A stretch of 64,000 nt of DNA from Antechinus flavipes (taxonomy: Eukaryota), in the NCBI RefSeq assembly GCF_016432865.1, contig NC_067401.1, positions 479,818,001-479,882,000 of the forward strand, given 5' to 3'. A program made the translations under genes and the position numbers. This document shows, in pieces, positions 12,930 through 26,203 of this stretch (positions are counted from its first letter, which is position 1; every line of letters starts with the position of its first letter). The notes beneath the pieces were generated by a model. It made no database searches, was not told the origin of the DNA, and saw only the letters and a program-made list of their open reading frames with translations.

Positions 12930-13225
12930 TGCTCACTCACTCGCTCACCTGTCACTCACTCACTTGCTCACCTGTCACTCACTCACTCGCTCACCTGTCA
13001 CTCACTCACTCACTCACCTGTCACTCACTCACTCACTCACCTGTCACTCACTCCCTGCAAGCTCAACTCGATGCCGGCTTGTCTCCCTTCTCATCCCTCT
13101 CCCCTTCCTTCCCCCTCCCCTCCCTCCCCCCTCCCCCTCCTCATCTGCCTCCCCTTCCTTCCCCCTCCCCTTCCTCCCCCCTCCCCTTCCTCCCCCCTCC
13201 CCCTCTTCCTTTTTCCTCTCCCCAG
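12930..13225 (+). repeat. (TCAC)n-type microsatellite followed by a polypyrimidine (CCCCT-like) tract
   Basis: tcactcactcacctg repeated over 12930-13055; C/T-only tract over about 13085-13225. Confidence 0.85.
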
Positions 13226-14327
13226 CCTCCGACCCTCTCCCCGCTTTCCCTGGCCGGGGTCAGAGGCAGTTGGGATTTTCCTCAGAGCTGGGAGGACAAG
13301 GTCGCTCGGGAAGGCCCGAGAAGCTGAGCCTGGCCTGGGAACAGGGCGCCCTTCGGCCTCCTCCCCCAGCCTCACACGGTCAATCTCGGGAGCCTGCCCT
13401 GGTGCTGGGGAAGGGGATCAGAGGCCAAATGCTTCTCGGAGCCTGGCGGGCATCTGTGCCAGGCTGCCAGGGACCCCCCCATTGCTCCCCAGGACCCGCA
13501 GCCAGAGGGGCGAGAGCTCCCCGGACTGAGGCAGGTCCACTGGGGGCAGCCCCAGAGCAGGCTCGGCTCGGCCCCATTGTCCGAGGCCGCCAGATCGCAG
13601 AGAGGAGTCAGTGCTGTCCAGCGGGAAAAGCCCAGGACCGGGGGGCAAAGGACCTGGTTTTATGGCAATTATCTCACACAATCTTAGGTCCCTCTTTTTT
13701 TTTTTTGGTTCTTATTCAGTCGTGTGGGACTCTCTGTGGCCCCATTTGGGGTTTTGTGGGCAGAGGTCCTGGTGTGGGTTGGCGGTTCCTTCTCCAGCCC
13801 ATTTAACAGATGAGGAAGCTGAGGCACACGGGGTGACGGGACTTGCTCCGGGTCACAGGGCTGGGAAGGGTCCCCCTGACTCCGGGGCTGGCGCTGTAGC
13901 CATTACCCAGCAGCCTCCCCGGGCCTCCCTTACCTTTTATCCCACGGCTGAGCGGGACGTAACATTGTCTGGAACCGAAGCCAGCTCTGTTTTGTTCAAC
14001 ATTAGTTCATGTAAATCTTTTCGAGCTTTTTTTTTTTCTGAGGCAATTGGGGTTAAGTGACTTGCCCAGGGTCACACAGCCGGGAATCCGGCTTTTCTAA
14101 AACCAGGCGCCCCTAATTCATAGAACAATGAACTTCCACTTCTTTCCTATTCAGCCATTCCCCAATTCCTCAGTCACTTCTTGGTGTTTACCTCCTTACG
14201 GTCTAACCCGGGTAGTGCCTCGTATTCAGCAGGTATCCAATTAGTGCTTATTGGATGAATGAGTGGGGGCAGAGGGAGGGTCTCTCGCACCCCCCCCCAG
14301 GCCCGTCACCTCTCTTCTCCCGCAGGG

Positions 14328-14533
14328 ATGGGGGCCCGAGGCCTCGCCATGGCCATCCTGCTGGGGCTGGCGGGGGCCGCCCTGGCCTCCAAGAACAGGT
14401 CGCGGATCTGCCAGCCGGCCCCGGCCTGGCAGGTGGACGGGGGCGTCTCCCCCATGGAGGAAGCCCTGGGCAACGTGACGGTGGTGGCCCTTCTCAAGGC
14501 CAGCTGACACTTCTGCCTCCTGCAGGCTGCCAG
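14328..14533 (+). CDS. SELENOP2: SELENOP2 coding exon 1 with in-frame UGA (Sec60) at 14505-14507
   Basis: Acceptor ctcccgcag|gg ATG; AAG GCC AGC TGA CAC TTC TGC; donor CCAG|gtgatg. Confidence 0.92.
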
Positions 14534-17504
14534 GTGATGGGCCGAGGGAGGGTCTCGCGGGGAGGGGGGACAGTGCCAGTCCTGGACTCGGGGGGCCGGA
14601 GGTCCCGGCTGGCCCTGGGCACGTCACGTCATCCTGTTTGCCTCAGTTTCCTCCTCTGCAAAACGGGCCGGAGGAGGAAATGGCCGGGGATCTGTTAGCA
14701 GAGCCAAGGGGCCCGGGAGGAAGAGGCAAAGGAGCCGAACTCCAGGCCCACCCGGGACTCCTCCCCGCGGGTGACATCCGGCCTCCTCATTCCGAGACCG
14801 CTCCCCATGTCACCAAATCTCATCGTAGGGAGGGAGCTCGGTGGGAGCAAGAGGGGATGCTCTCCATCGCAGAAACAGGGGGCTGCACCCTCCGAGGGCA
14901 GGGGGGTCACCACCCTCAGGGCGGCCCGTCCACTCAGGGACAGCTCTCAGTGGTTGGAAACCCTCCCGGGCCCCCAGGCTCAGTCAGCCAGCGCTCCCCC
15001 CTCCCCCCCCCCGGCAGCCTCTGCCTTCCCCACCCCAGACCGGCCCTCGGCCCACAGGAAGGCCCTGGGCACGGCGGGAACGGCGCCCCGACTCCGGAGT
15101 CTCCTGGCCCCTCCGAGCTGAGCCGCCCCCAGCCCCCCCCCCCGCCAGCCCCCGCACGCCCCTTTCTGCACTTGCCCCTGGCCCGTTCCCAGGCCCAAGC
15201 CAACAGTGGCTTTATTCCCTGAGAGGAGGGGGGAGGGACAAGAGTGGGCCGAGACAGCCGACCCAGAAATGGGCCCTCCCTGGAGAGGGAGCCCTCCCCC
15301 AGGCGGGGGCCCCTCTGCCTCCCCTCCCCACGGACTAGCAGCCCCTCAGCATCCCCGGGGTTTTGTCCGCCCTGACACACCTGGGCGGGAACAAGGTGCT
15401 GGTCCACTAGGACCACCAGAAATTCCTGGCTACTTCTACTATTCAAGACCATTTTACAGAGGAGGGAACTGAGGCTGGAGGGAGGAGGCTTTTAGCTCAA
15501 GGTCTCAAAGGTGAGCAAAGGCAGGGCTGGGAACAGCCCCCCCTCAGCCGCAGGCCCGGGACCCCGGCTCCCTTATCTCAAGGTCAAGGCCCCGTCGGCG
15601 GAGGCTCCGAGGGCCCGAGGGTGGGGGAAGGGGCCGCCCAAGGCCCCGCTAACGCGGCCCTTTCTCGCCCCCAGGATAGGCAGCCTGCAGGAGCGCCTGG
15701 CCCGCGCGGGCGCCGCCGGGGTCCGCTTCCTCATAGTCAACCACAAGTCGGCCGCGGCCCAGGCCCTGCACGGCGAGCTGGAGCTCCAGGCCCCCCGGGG
15801 CGTGCCCGTCTACAGCCAGCGGGGGCCCAGGCCCGACATCTGGGGGCTCCTCGGAGGGGCCAAGGACGACTTCCTGGTCTATGACAGGTGGGCCCGGGCC
15901 GGGCGCTGGGGAAGGGGGTGGGCAGCGCCGCCGTCCCGGAGTCCGGGCCCTGAGCTTCCCAAGGCCCGGGTAGCCCCCCGGGGCCGACCGCCACGCCGGC
16001 CCTCCCCCACTTTTCCTGACTTGGCAGAGCGTCCCGGACCCCTAGACTCTGCAGGCGTGAGAGTGGGCGGCGGGCACAGCTCCTGACCTGCTGGGTGGGC
16101 ACCTGCCCCCTCCATCCAATTCCTTGTATGACCAGGAAACTGAGGCCGGAGGCCAGGGAGCGGCAGAGGACCCGGGGCCACGGCAGAATCCGTACCCAAG
16201 CCCCGAGCCCACCCTGTCTGTCCCCCCAGGTGTGGCCGTCTGACCTTCCACATCCAGCTGCCCTTCAGCGCCCTGAGCTTCCCCTTCGTGGAGGCGGCCG
16301 TTCGCTTCAGTCACCAGAAGGATCACTGCGGGAACTGCTCTTTCTACCCCGCCCAGGTGAGACCGAGGGGCCGGGCTCGGGGGGTCTCGGGGGCCTTGGG
16401 GCCCAGCAAACGGCCTATTCCATGAGTGGGCAGTGGGCGAGGTCACGGGGGCGAGGTCACGGGGGCCAGGTCACGGGGGCGAGGTCACGGGGGCCAGGTC
16501 ACGGGGGCGAGGGCGCTGCTCTGCCCTTGTCTGGCCCTCGGGGGGTTCCTGGGTCCTGCGAGGTTGGAGGGAGGGAGAGCGGGGCTCCGAGCCCGGCCAC
16601 GCGGCTTTCAGAGAGGTCCAGGTCTCGCTCTGGGCGGGGCAGACTCGGGACCCCTCGCCACCTCCCTCCTGGAGACCCCACGCGAGCGCAGGCCTCCCCC
16701 TGGGCCTTGGGGGCTGTGAAGGCACAGATTTACGCACACGCTCCCAGGCAGGGCAGGAAAAGGTACCCGGTGCCAGTAAGGAAGCCTCCAGGCCCGGGGC
16801 TCTCAGAGCTGGTTTGGCCACTCTGCCCTGGCCCAGACCATCTACGCCAGCGGGGGAGCTCGTTCAGAGGCTCCGGGGCATCCGGGGCCGGCCTGGTGCA
16901 GAGAGGACTCAGTGGGGACCCCCGGTGGCCCCCCATGCCCGCCCTGGGCAGGGGCCGGGGAGGCTCCTTCCTCTGGGTCCCGGCAGAGGGCAGAGGCCAC
17001 GGCTCACCAAGGCCAGCCTCGCTCTGGCGCTGAGCAGCTCGCCAGGAAATTCTCTCTGGAAAGCCGGCATGGGGGTGAGCCCCTCCCTCCCCGGGCTGGG
17101 CCGAAGCTCCTGCGGATGGGAGGGGGCTCTGGAGTGGCCTGGGGGTCCAGCCCCCAGCCGCAGGCCCACTCCCCCCGGCCCCGGGGCCGCCTTTCAGGCC
17201 CCACAGACCCCCCCCCAGCTGGTGAGCGTGTGCCCAGCGGCCATCGGGGTGACATGTTTCTGTCCCGTTTCCTCTCCAGGTGAACGGCACGGACCAGGCC
17301 GAGTCGGCAGCCCAGTCCCCCAGCCTGGAAGGAGGGCAGGGGTCCCCGAGCAAGGGGCCCGGCCCCCACCGGCCGACTCTGCCGTCCGGCTCCCCTCCCC
17401 CGGCCCAGGCCCGTGGGCCCGACCGCAGCCCCGGCGAGCAGCCGCCTCCCAACCCCCCTCCCCACAGCCTGGAGCTGCTTCCCCACGAGCTGGCCGTCGC
17501 TTAA
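14328..17504 (+). CDS. SELENOP2: Selenoprotein P paralogue (SELENOP2/SelPb-like), single Sec, 256 aa, 4 coding exons
   Basis: Coding exons 14328-14533, 15675-15887, 16230-16356 and 17280-17504, all GT-AG with consistent phases (771 nt). Signal peptide MGARGLAMAILLGLAGAALAS; VTVVALLKAS-U-HFCLLQA; GAKDDFLVYDRCGRLTFHI; CGNCS. These are SELENOP N-terminal domain motifs. There is no His-rich or Sec-rich tail. SECIS and AATAAA lie downstream. Confidence 0.92.
14515..15696 (+). promoter_or_regulatory. Candidate Sec redefinition element (SRE) hairpin spanning the exon 1/2 junction
   Basis: CTCCTGCAGGCTGCC (14517-14531) is the exact reverse complement of GGCAGCCTGCAGGAG (15679-15693). The loop in the spliced mRNA is AG|GAUA. 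Confidence 0.65.
15675..15887 (+). CDS. SELENOP2: SELENOP2 coding exon 2 (213 nt)
   Basis: ccccag|G ATA GGC...GAC AG|gtgggc; encodes IGSLQERL...KDDFLVYDR. Confidence 0.92.
16230..16356 (+). CDS. SELENOP2: SELENOP2 coding exon 3 (127 nt)
   Basis: ccccag|G TGT GGC CGT...GCC CAG|gtgaga; encodes CGRLTFHIQLPF...CGNCSFYPAQ. Confidence 0.92.
16439..16510 (+). repeat. 14-bp tandem repeat (x5) carrying AGGTCA half-sites
   Basis: (g/c)aggtcacgggggc with AGGTCA at 16440, 16454, 16468, 16482 and 16496. Confidence 0.85.
17280..17504 (+). CDS. SELENOP2: SELENOP2 terminal coding exon (Pro-rich tail, TAA stop)
   Basis: cctctccag|GTG AAC GGC ACG...GTC GCT TAA; phase 0 matches the previous exon. Confidence 0.75.
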   Translation: MNGTDQAESAAQSPSLEGGQGSPSKGPGPHRPTLPSGSPPPAQARGPDRSPGEQPPPNPPPHSLELLPHELAVA

Positions 17505-17670
17505 CCTCCATGGGGGGCACGGCCGGCCCCCCCCCCGGCTCCCAACCCCGCCCCCCCCCGGCCACTGGCCCATTCTGGAGGGACCACCGAGGTGTCCCTG
17601 AGGTCGCGGTCACCATGGGGGTCTGCGTCCATCAAGGCCGGGCCTTGGCAAGCCCCGGACCTCACCCACT

Positions 17671-17755
17671 GCCCTCCCTCCCTCCATTAATGACGCCCGC
17701 AGTGCAACCCCGAGAAGCGGCCACGGCGGGCTGACGCCACGTAGGGAGGAGGGAC
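17671..17755 (+). promoter_or_regulatory. SECIS element (type II) in the SELENOP2 3' UTR
   Basis: A-UGA-C at 17690-17694; helix II GCCCGC/GCGGGC, A.G, GUG/CAC; unpaired AA at 17706-17707, 12 nt after AUGA; mini-stem CCG/CGG with AGAAG loop; 3' UGAC at 17732-17735; helix I between C/U-rich 17671-17685 and GGGAGGAGGGA at about 17744-17754. Confidence 0.9.
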
Positions 17756-17837
17756 GAAGAAGAGTCTGTCATCCACCCCCAGGGGTGACCACAAGCCAGT
17801 GGGGGCCCAACCAGTGCCGGGGGCTGGGGAAATGACC

Positions 17838-17843
17838 AATAAA
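17838..17843 (+). terminator. Polyadenylation signal of SELENOP2
   Basis: AATAAA about 85 nt after the SECIS. Confidence 0.7.
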
Positions 17844-18929
17844 CTCGGCTGCCTGCAGCTCCTCACTGGTCCGCTTGGGGGCTTTCGGGGGCCAGGTGGG
17901 ACCCCCGCACGTGGGGCCGGGAGGGAGGCAGGGGCCCCGGGACGTGCGAGTGTGTGTACGTGGGCGGTGTGAATGAGAATGCGAGGAGCCGCACCCACAG
18001 CAGAATCAGAGGGAGGCCCGAGAATGGGAGGGGGGCTTCCTGGAGGGGGCGGCCCTGGGAGGAGCCCAAGGTCACGGGTGACTCTCCTCCCCTGAGTTGC
18101 AGCAGCAGCAGGGCTGGACCCTAACCAGGAGCCCCTTCCGTGACTTTCTGGGGAGAAATAGGTCCTGCCCCTGGATGGGCCCCCTGGGAGTCCCCCACAG
18201 CCCCAGGCCTGGCTTCCTCGCCCCAAGCCCTCCCGGGATCGTCCCTCTGGGACAGAAGGCTGGCCAAGAGCTTCGAGTGCCGGGCCCGGGTCTCCCTGCC
18301 CACCAAGGGGCTCACACCAAGGGCCGGCTCTCAGCCCTGCTGTCCTTGCTCTGCCCTCAGCCATGGGTGGGGGGTGGGGGGACCAGCATGCCGTGATGAG
18401 AATGTGGGGGCTCCCAGCAGGAGCAGGAACCCCACAGCAACATCCCTGAAAGCCTCCCCTGGAATGCCTCTAGGGATGGGGAGCTCACTACCTCACCTCC
18501 AGAGGCAGCCCAACAGCTGGGGGTCAGCTCTCACTACCAGGAAGCTGATTCTGTATTTCCCCCTCCCAGGGGCTCCCTAGGGCCAAGCAGACAAGGTTAG
18601 ACCCCTCCTGGGGAGGACCCTTTGAGACCCCTTGAAGGTGGCTCTCAGGGTGACAAAAAGAGACTGGTTTTACACAGAGGATCAGGGTCTGAATCCTGCC
18701 TGACTCCTGGGGGCTCCTTCAGGGCCCAGTTTCCTCTTTGCACAATGAGCGGAGGAGGGGGGAAAGGGGGATCTGAACCTGGGACTTGGAGGCCTCTCCA
18801 GGGGCAGCCCCCTGCCCTCGAGCCTGGGATTGGTCCCAGGCCCTAAAAACCCTCCATTTACTTCCTCAACAAGCTTGAGCTCGCCGGCACCACCCTGTGG
18901 CCAAACATGCATCCTCAACAAAGGCAAGG

Positions 18930-19050
18930 GAACAGGCATTTATTAAGCACCTACTGTGTACCAGGCTCTGTCCTGAGCGCTCATGGCCCAGGAAGCAGGT
19001 GCTCTGATTATCCCCATTCTACAGATAAGGAAACTGAGGTAGCAGAGGTG
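18930..19050. mobile_element. L2/MIR-type fragment containing the first AATAAA downstream of UROD
   Basis: gcatttattaagcacctactgtgtaccaggc...ccccattctacagataaggaaactgagg; tttatt at 18939-18944. Confidence 0.6.
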
Positions 19051-19449
19051 GAGGAGCTTGCCTAAGCAGGCCTCCCTGACTCCCAGACCAGCGTAGGGGC
19101 CTCCAGGAGGGGCCTTTCCCACAGACTCCCTGGAGGATATCTCCCAGAACCAACCTCTAGGCCCCGTGGGGGGTCCTCTCCCAGATGCTATCTCCCCTCC
19201 TCTGGCCCCCTCCCTTCTCTAATCTTCCTCCCCCAGATGCCCACCACCCCACCCCCACCCAGCCTCCTCCCTCTGTCCACAGGGGCCCCCCCCAGGGAGT
19301 CGGCTCCGGGCAGGGAGTCCCCCTGCTGAGCTCCGGCCCCTGGAGGAAGGGGGAGTGACGGGGCCTCCAAGTGAGCGGGCCGGGCCGGGCTTCCTGGCGG
19401 GCGGACGGGCGGGGGGCGCTGAGACCAGTCCCGGGGGCGCGGGGGCAGG

Positions 19450-22631
<3,182 letters not shown>

Positions 22632-22679
22632 CGCGCGGACTCCACTTACTTCTGCGGGGTCTAGAGCAGCCCCGGCCTC

Positions 22680-22800
22680 CTCCGGAAGCCCTGCCTCCAG
22701 CCTTGTCCCCGCCCCGGGGCCCGGCCCCGCCCCCGGCCCCGCCCCGCGCCGCTGCTGGGCGGCGCCATGTTGATAATCACATGACAGGCCGGGCTTGGGC
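22680..22800 (-). promoter_or_regulatory. UROD TATA-less promoter (CpG island, clustered GC boxes, ETS, GATA, E-box)
   Basis: ccggaag at about 22682; ccccgccc repeats over 22707-22745; tgataa at 22771 next to tcacatga at 22777. Confidence 0.55.
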
Positions 22801-23934
22801 TCTCGGGGAGCCGGGGCTGCCCGGCCCGGTGCCTGCAGGACCCCTATCCTACCGTAAAGTGCAGAGCAGAGGCGCAGTAAAAGCGCCCAAGGGAGGAGGG
22901 GCGAAGTCCCCCCCATCACCTGGTACCGGAGTTGGCAGAGACTCGGGAGACGGCCTGCTTAGGGTCTCTCAGCGAAGAAGCCTCGGAGCTCCATCGTTAC
23001 CCGCCCCGGGACCTCAGTTTCCTCATCTGTAAAATAGGGCTAATCGGTGGCGCCTTGCCTCCGGCCCGTTTGCCGTTGGCTGTTTCCTTCTCCAGCTCAT
23101 TTTAACTGAGGCAAACAGTGACTTGCCCAGGGTCCCAGGAAGTGTCCGAGGCCGGACCCGAACTCGGGTCTCTGACTAGGGGAGCGCTGTCCCTAACGGG
23201 TCTCACTGCGCGGACTTAGCGGGGCTCGGTGGGAGATTCCTTGGCCCTCGCAGCTGCGCCCCTGGGGAGGCTCCGGGCACTCGCTCTGGCCCAGCAGCTC
23301 CCGGCTTTCTCTTTGGTCATCCATTTACTGCTAAGGACAGTGAAGGCTGCGGGAAGAGAGAGCCGGGAGGGGCAGAGGCTCCTGGGAAATACAGTAACAT
23401 CCGGAGCCTGTTGTCAACGAACACGGACTACGCGCTTACAGTTTGCCGCGGACCCGGCCGAGAGCTGGGAACACAAAAACGAGCGAAAACGAACTGTCTT
23501 GCCCTCGAGAGGCTTACATTCTAATGGGGGAGGGGAGATAATCCCGCCAAAGGGGGCTGCCAAGGTGTGGGGGAGGGGAGATAACCCCGCCAAAGGGGGC
23601 TGCCAAGGTGTGGGGGAGGGGAGAACCGCGCCTATGGGTGCGGGAGTCCAGGGAATGAGGAGGGGACTGGCCAGGGCCCTCCTGGAGTGAAGAGGGCAGA
23701 GGGTGCCGGTGAAGCCCTGGCTGGGGCAGAAGCAAGCTTGCACAGTGAAAAGCTTTCTGAGGCAGAAGAGGGGCTCCTGGGAGGAGACAGAGGGGGCCTG
23801 GAGCCGAGCAGCCTGGGAGGAAGCCCGGCATTTCCTCCGGAGGCAGAGGCAGAGTTTGAGGAGCCGGGGCCTTCCAGGTGGAGATGGGAGCCATGCAGTG
23901 GGTCCAGGGCAGTCCTGCACCCCAACTTTCTCTT

Positions 23935-24860
23935 TCATTTTTAAAATGCTTTTTCTTTTCAAAACAAGCATAATTTTCAACACTCACTCTTGCAAAGCCT
24001 TGTGTCCAGATTCCCTCCTTCCCCCTCCCCCTCCTCTAGAAGGCACGTGATCCAATATATGTTCAACATGTGCAATTCTTCTATACACATTGCCACAATG
24101 ATTGTGCTGCACAAGAAGAATCAGATCAAAAAGGGAGAAAAAGCAAGAAAGAAAATAGCAACAACAAAAGTGAAAACACTGTTAGGGTCCACCCTCAGTT
24201 CCCACAGGCCTCTCTGGGCGCAGACGGCTCTCTCCATCATAAGATCGTTGGAACTGGCCCCAATCATCTCATTGTTGAAGAGAGTCACTTCAGTCAGACT
24301 TCTTGTTGCCGTGGGCAATGATCTCCTGGTCCTGCTCACTTCCCTCAGCATCAGTTCCTGTCAGTCTCTGCAGGCCTTTCTGAAATCCTCCTGCAGGTCA
24401 TTTCTTACAGAACAATAATATTCTATAACATTCATGTACCACAATTTATTCAGCCATTCTCCCACTGATGGGCGTCCACTTGGTTTCCAGTTCCTTGCTA
24501 CAAAGGGCTACAAACACCTCACCTTTAGACTGTGGGGACTGAGTGTGGAGCACAACACAGCATTTTCACTCTTTTTGTTGTTTGCATTTTATTTTTTTCT
24601 CATTTTTTTCCTTTTTGATTTTTCTTGTGCAGCAAAATAATTATATAAATCTGTATGCATGTATTGGATTTAACATTCGTTTTTACCATGTTTAGCATAT
24701 CTTGGATTACTTGCCATGTAGGGGAGGAGGTGAGGGAAGGGGGGATTGGAACACAATGTTTTGCGGGGGCTAATGTTGAAGAATTATCCATACATATGTT
24801 TTGAAATTAAGAAGCTTTAATGAAAAAAAAAGGAAAAAAAAAAGAAAAATTTAAAAAACC
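23935..24860. mobile_element. L1 3'-end fragments (antisense about 23935-24500, sense about 24545-24860 with A tail)
   Basis: ttacagaacaataata...cacaatttattcagccattctccc...; A-rich tail at 24822-24858. Confidence 0.75.
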
Positions 24861-26037
24861 AAACACCTCACCTCTCTTAACCCAGCTTGAAGTCATCCAG
24901 GGAGAGAGTGTACTGTAAGACTCTTCATTTGGAAACTGAGAAGGCAGGAGTGGCGTGGCTGGCCTTGGTCCCAAAGACAAGTTGCAAGGCTGTGTGAATC
25001 CAAATTCAGATTCTGTCTATGTGTCCTTTCTCGTGTAATGATGATGATAAACGAGCATTTATTTATACTTAGTTCATCAAATCCTCTAGCGTCACCTCTT
25101 TGCCCAGCCTTGACTCTTTAAACTACTTTCAATTTTCAAATTTCAATTAAATTTTCAACAATTCACTCTAGAATTCTTCATCCCCATTGCTCCAGGTCAT
25201 CTCTGGGATATATGTATTATACATCTAACCAAGCATCATAGTGGACTGAATCAAGTCTTTTTAAAATCACTCCTGGGTCTGACTGGGCCCTCTTTGCTCC
25301 TCAACAATCCTTGCACTGCCCTTGCAGAGCCTGCCACAAATCTCCTCCTCTCCCTCGCCCACTTCCCCGCCTCGGGATTAAGACCCTCCTTGGGCCACGA
25401 CGTCAATACAGTAACCCCTCTCCCTGTCTTTATTCTTATAAAGATGTGGGTGACTTGACTCTAGTTAACCAAATCAGGTGGAAGTCTTTGAAATACTGAG
25501 TCAATTGATTAAAGATGTTAAATGATCTTTAATCCATTTGGAAGAAACGAAAGCCACAGCGGATGAAATAAAATAAATCTACACAAGAAGCGCAGTGGGA
25601 TTAAGGAGACTCTGTTGCACCCAATGGGGCACATCTGAAATTCAGACACACAAGTGGAAGGCCAGCTCAATCGTGGGAGCAGCTCTGGCCAACTTCTCCC
25701 GAGGGAATCGCTTGAGTACACAGTTATTGTGCTGCACAAGAAAAATCTGATCTAGAAAGGAAGAAAAAACCTAAGAAGGAAAACAAAATGCAAGCAAACA
25801 ATAGCAGAGAGTGAGGCTGCTGTGCTGTGATCCACACTCATTTCCCATCGTCCTCTCCCTGGGTGTAGATGGTTTTCTTCATCACTGACGAGTGGAACTG
25901 GTCCGAAGCATCTCATTGTTGAAGAGCCACGTTTGGCAGAGTTGATCTTTGTATAGTCTTGTTGGCCTCTATTTTCTTAGTAAAATGGGAGGTTCCTTGG
26001 GTGAGAGGGAGGGAGAGGGAGAGAGAACAGTTCCGAC

Positions 26038-26203
26038 CAGCCTCCGCGGGAAGTGAGACTGCACGGGGTCAGCCTCCGCGGGAAGTGGGACGGCTCGGGT
26101 TCAGCCTCCGCCGGGAAGTGGGACGGCACGGGGTCAGCCTCCGCGGGAAGTGGGACGGCTCGGGTTCAGCCTCCGCGGGAAGTGGGACGGCACGGGGTCA
26201 GCC
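26038..26203 (+). repeat. 32-bp CpG-rich minisatellite (x5) upstream of HECTD3
   Basis: cagcctccgcgggaagtgggacggc(a/t)cgggg/t units at 26038, 26070, 26102, 26135 and 26167. Confidence 0.85.

Noticed and set aside
12552-13806. 325-aa and 344-aa ORFs
   Set aside because: They run through the (TCAC)n and polypyrimidine repeats; products are low complexity.
14259-14507. 82-aa ORF treated as a complete small protein or as a pseudogene with a premature stop
   Set aside because: The TGA aligns with the SELENOP Sec position, and the downstream exons and SECIS are intact.
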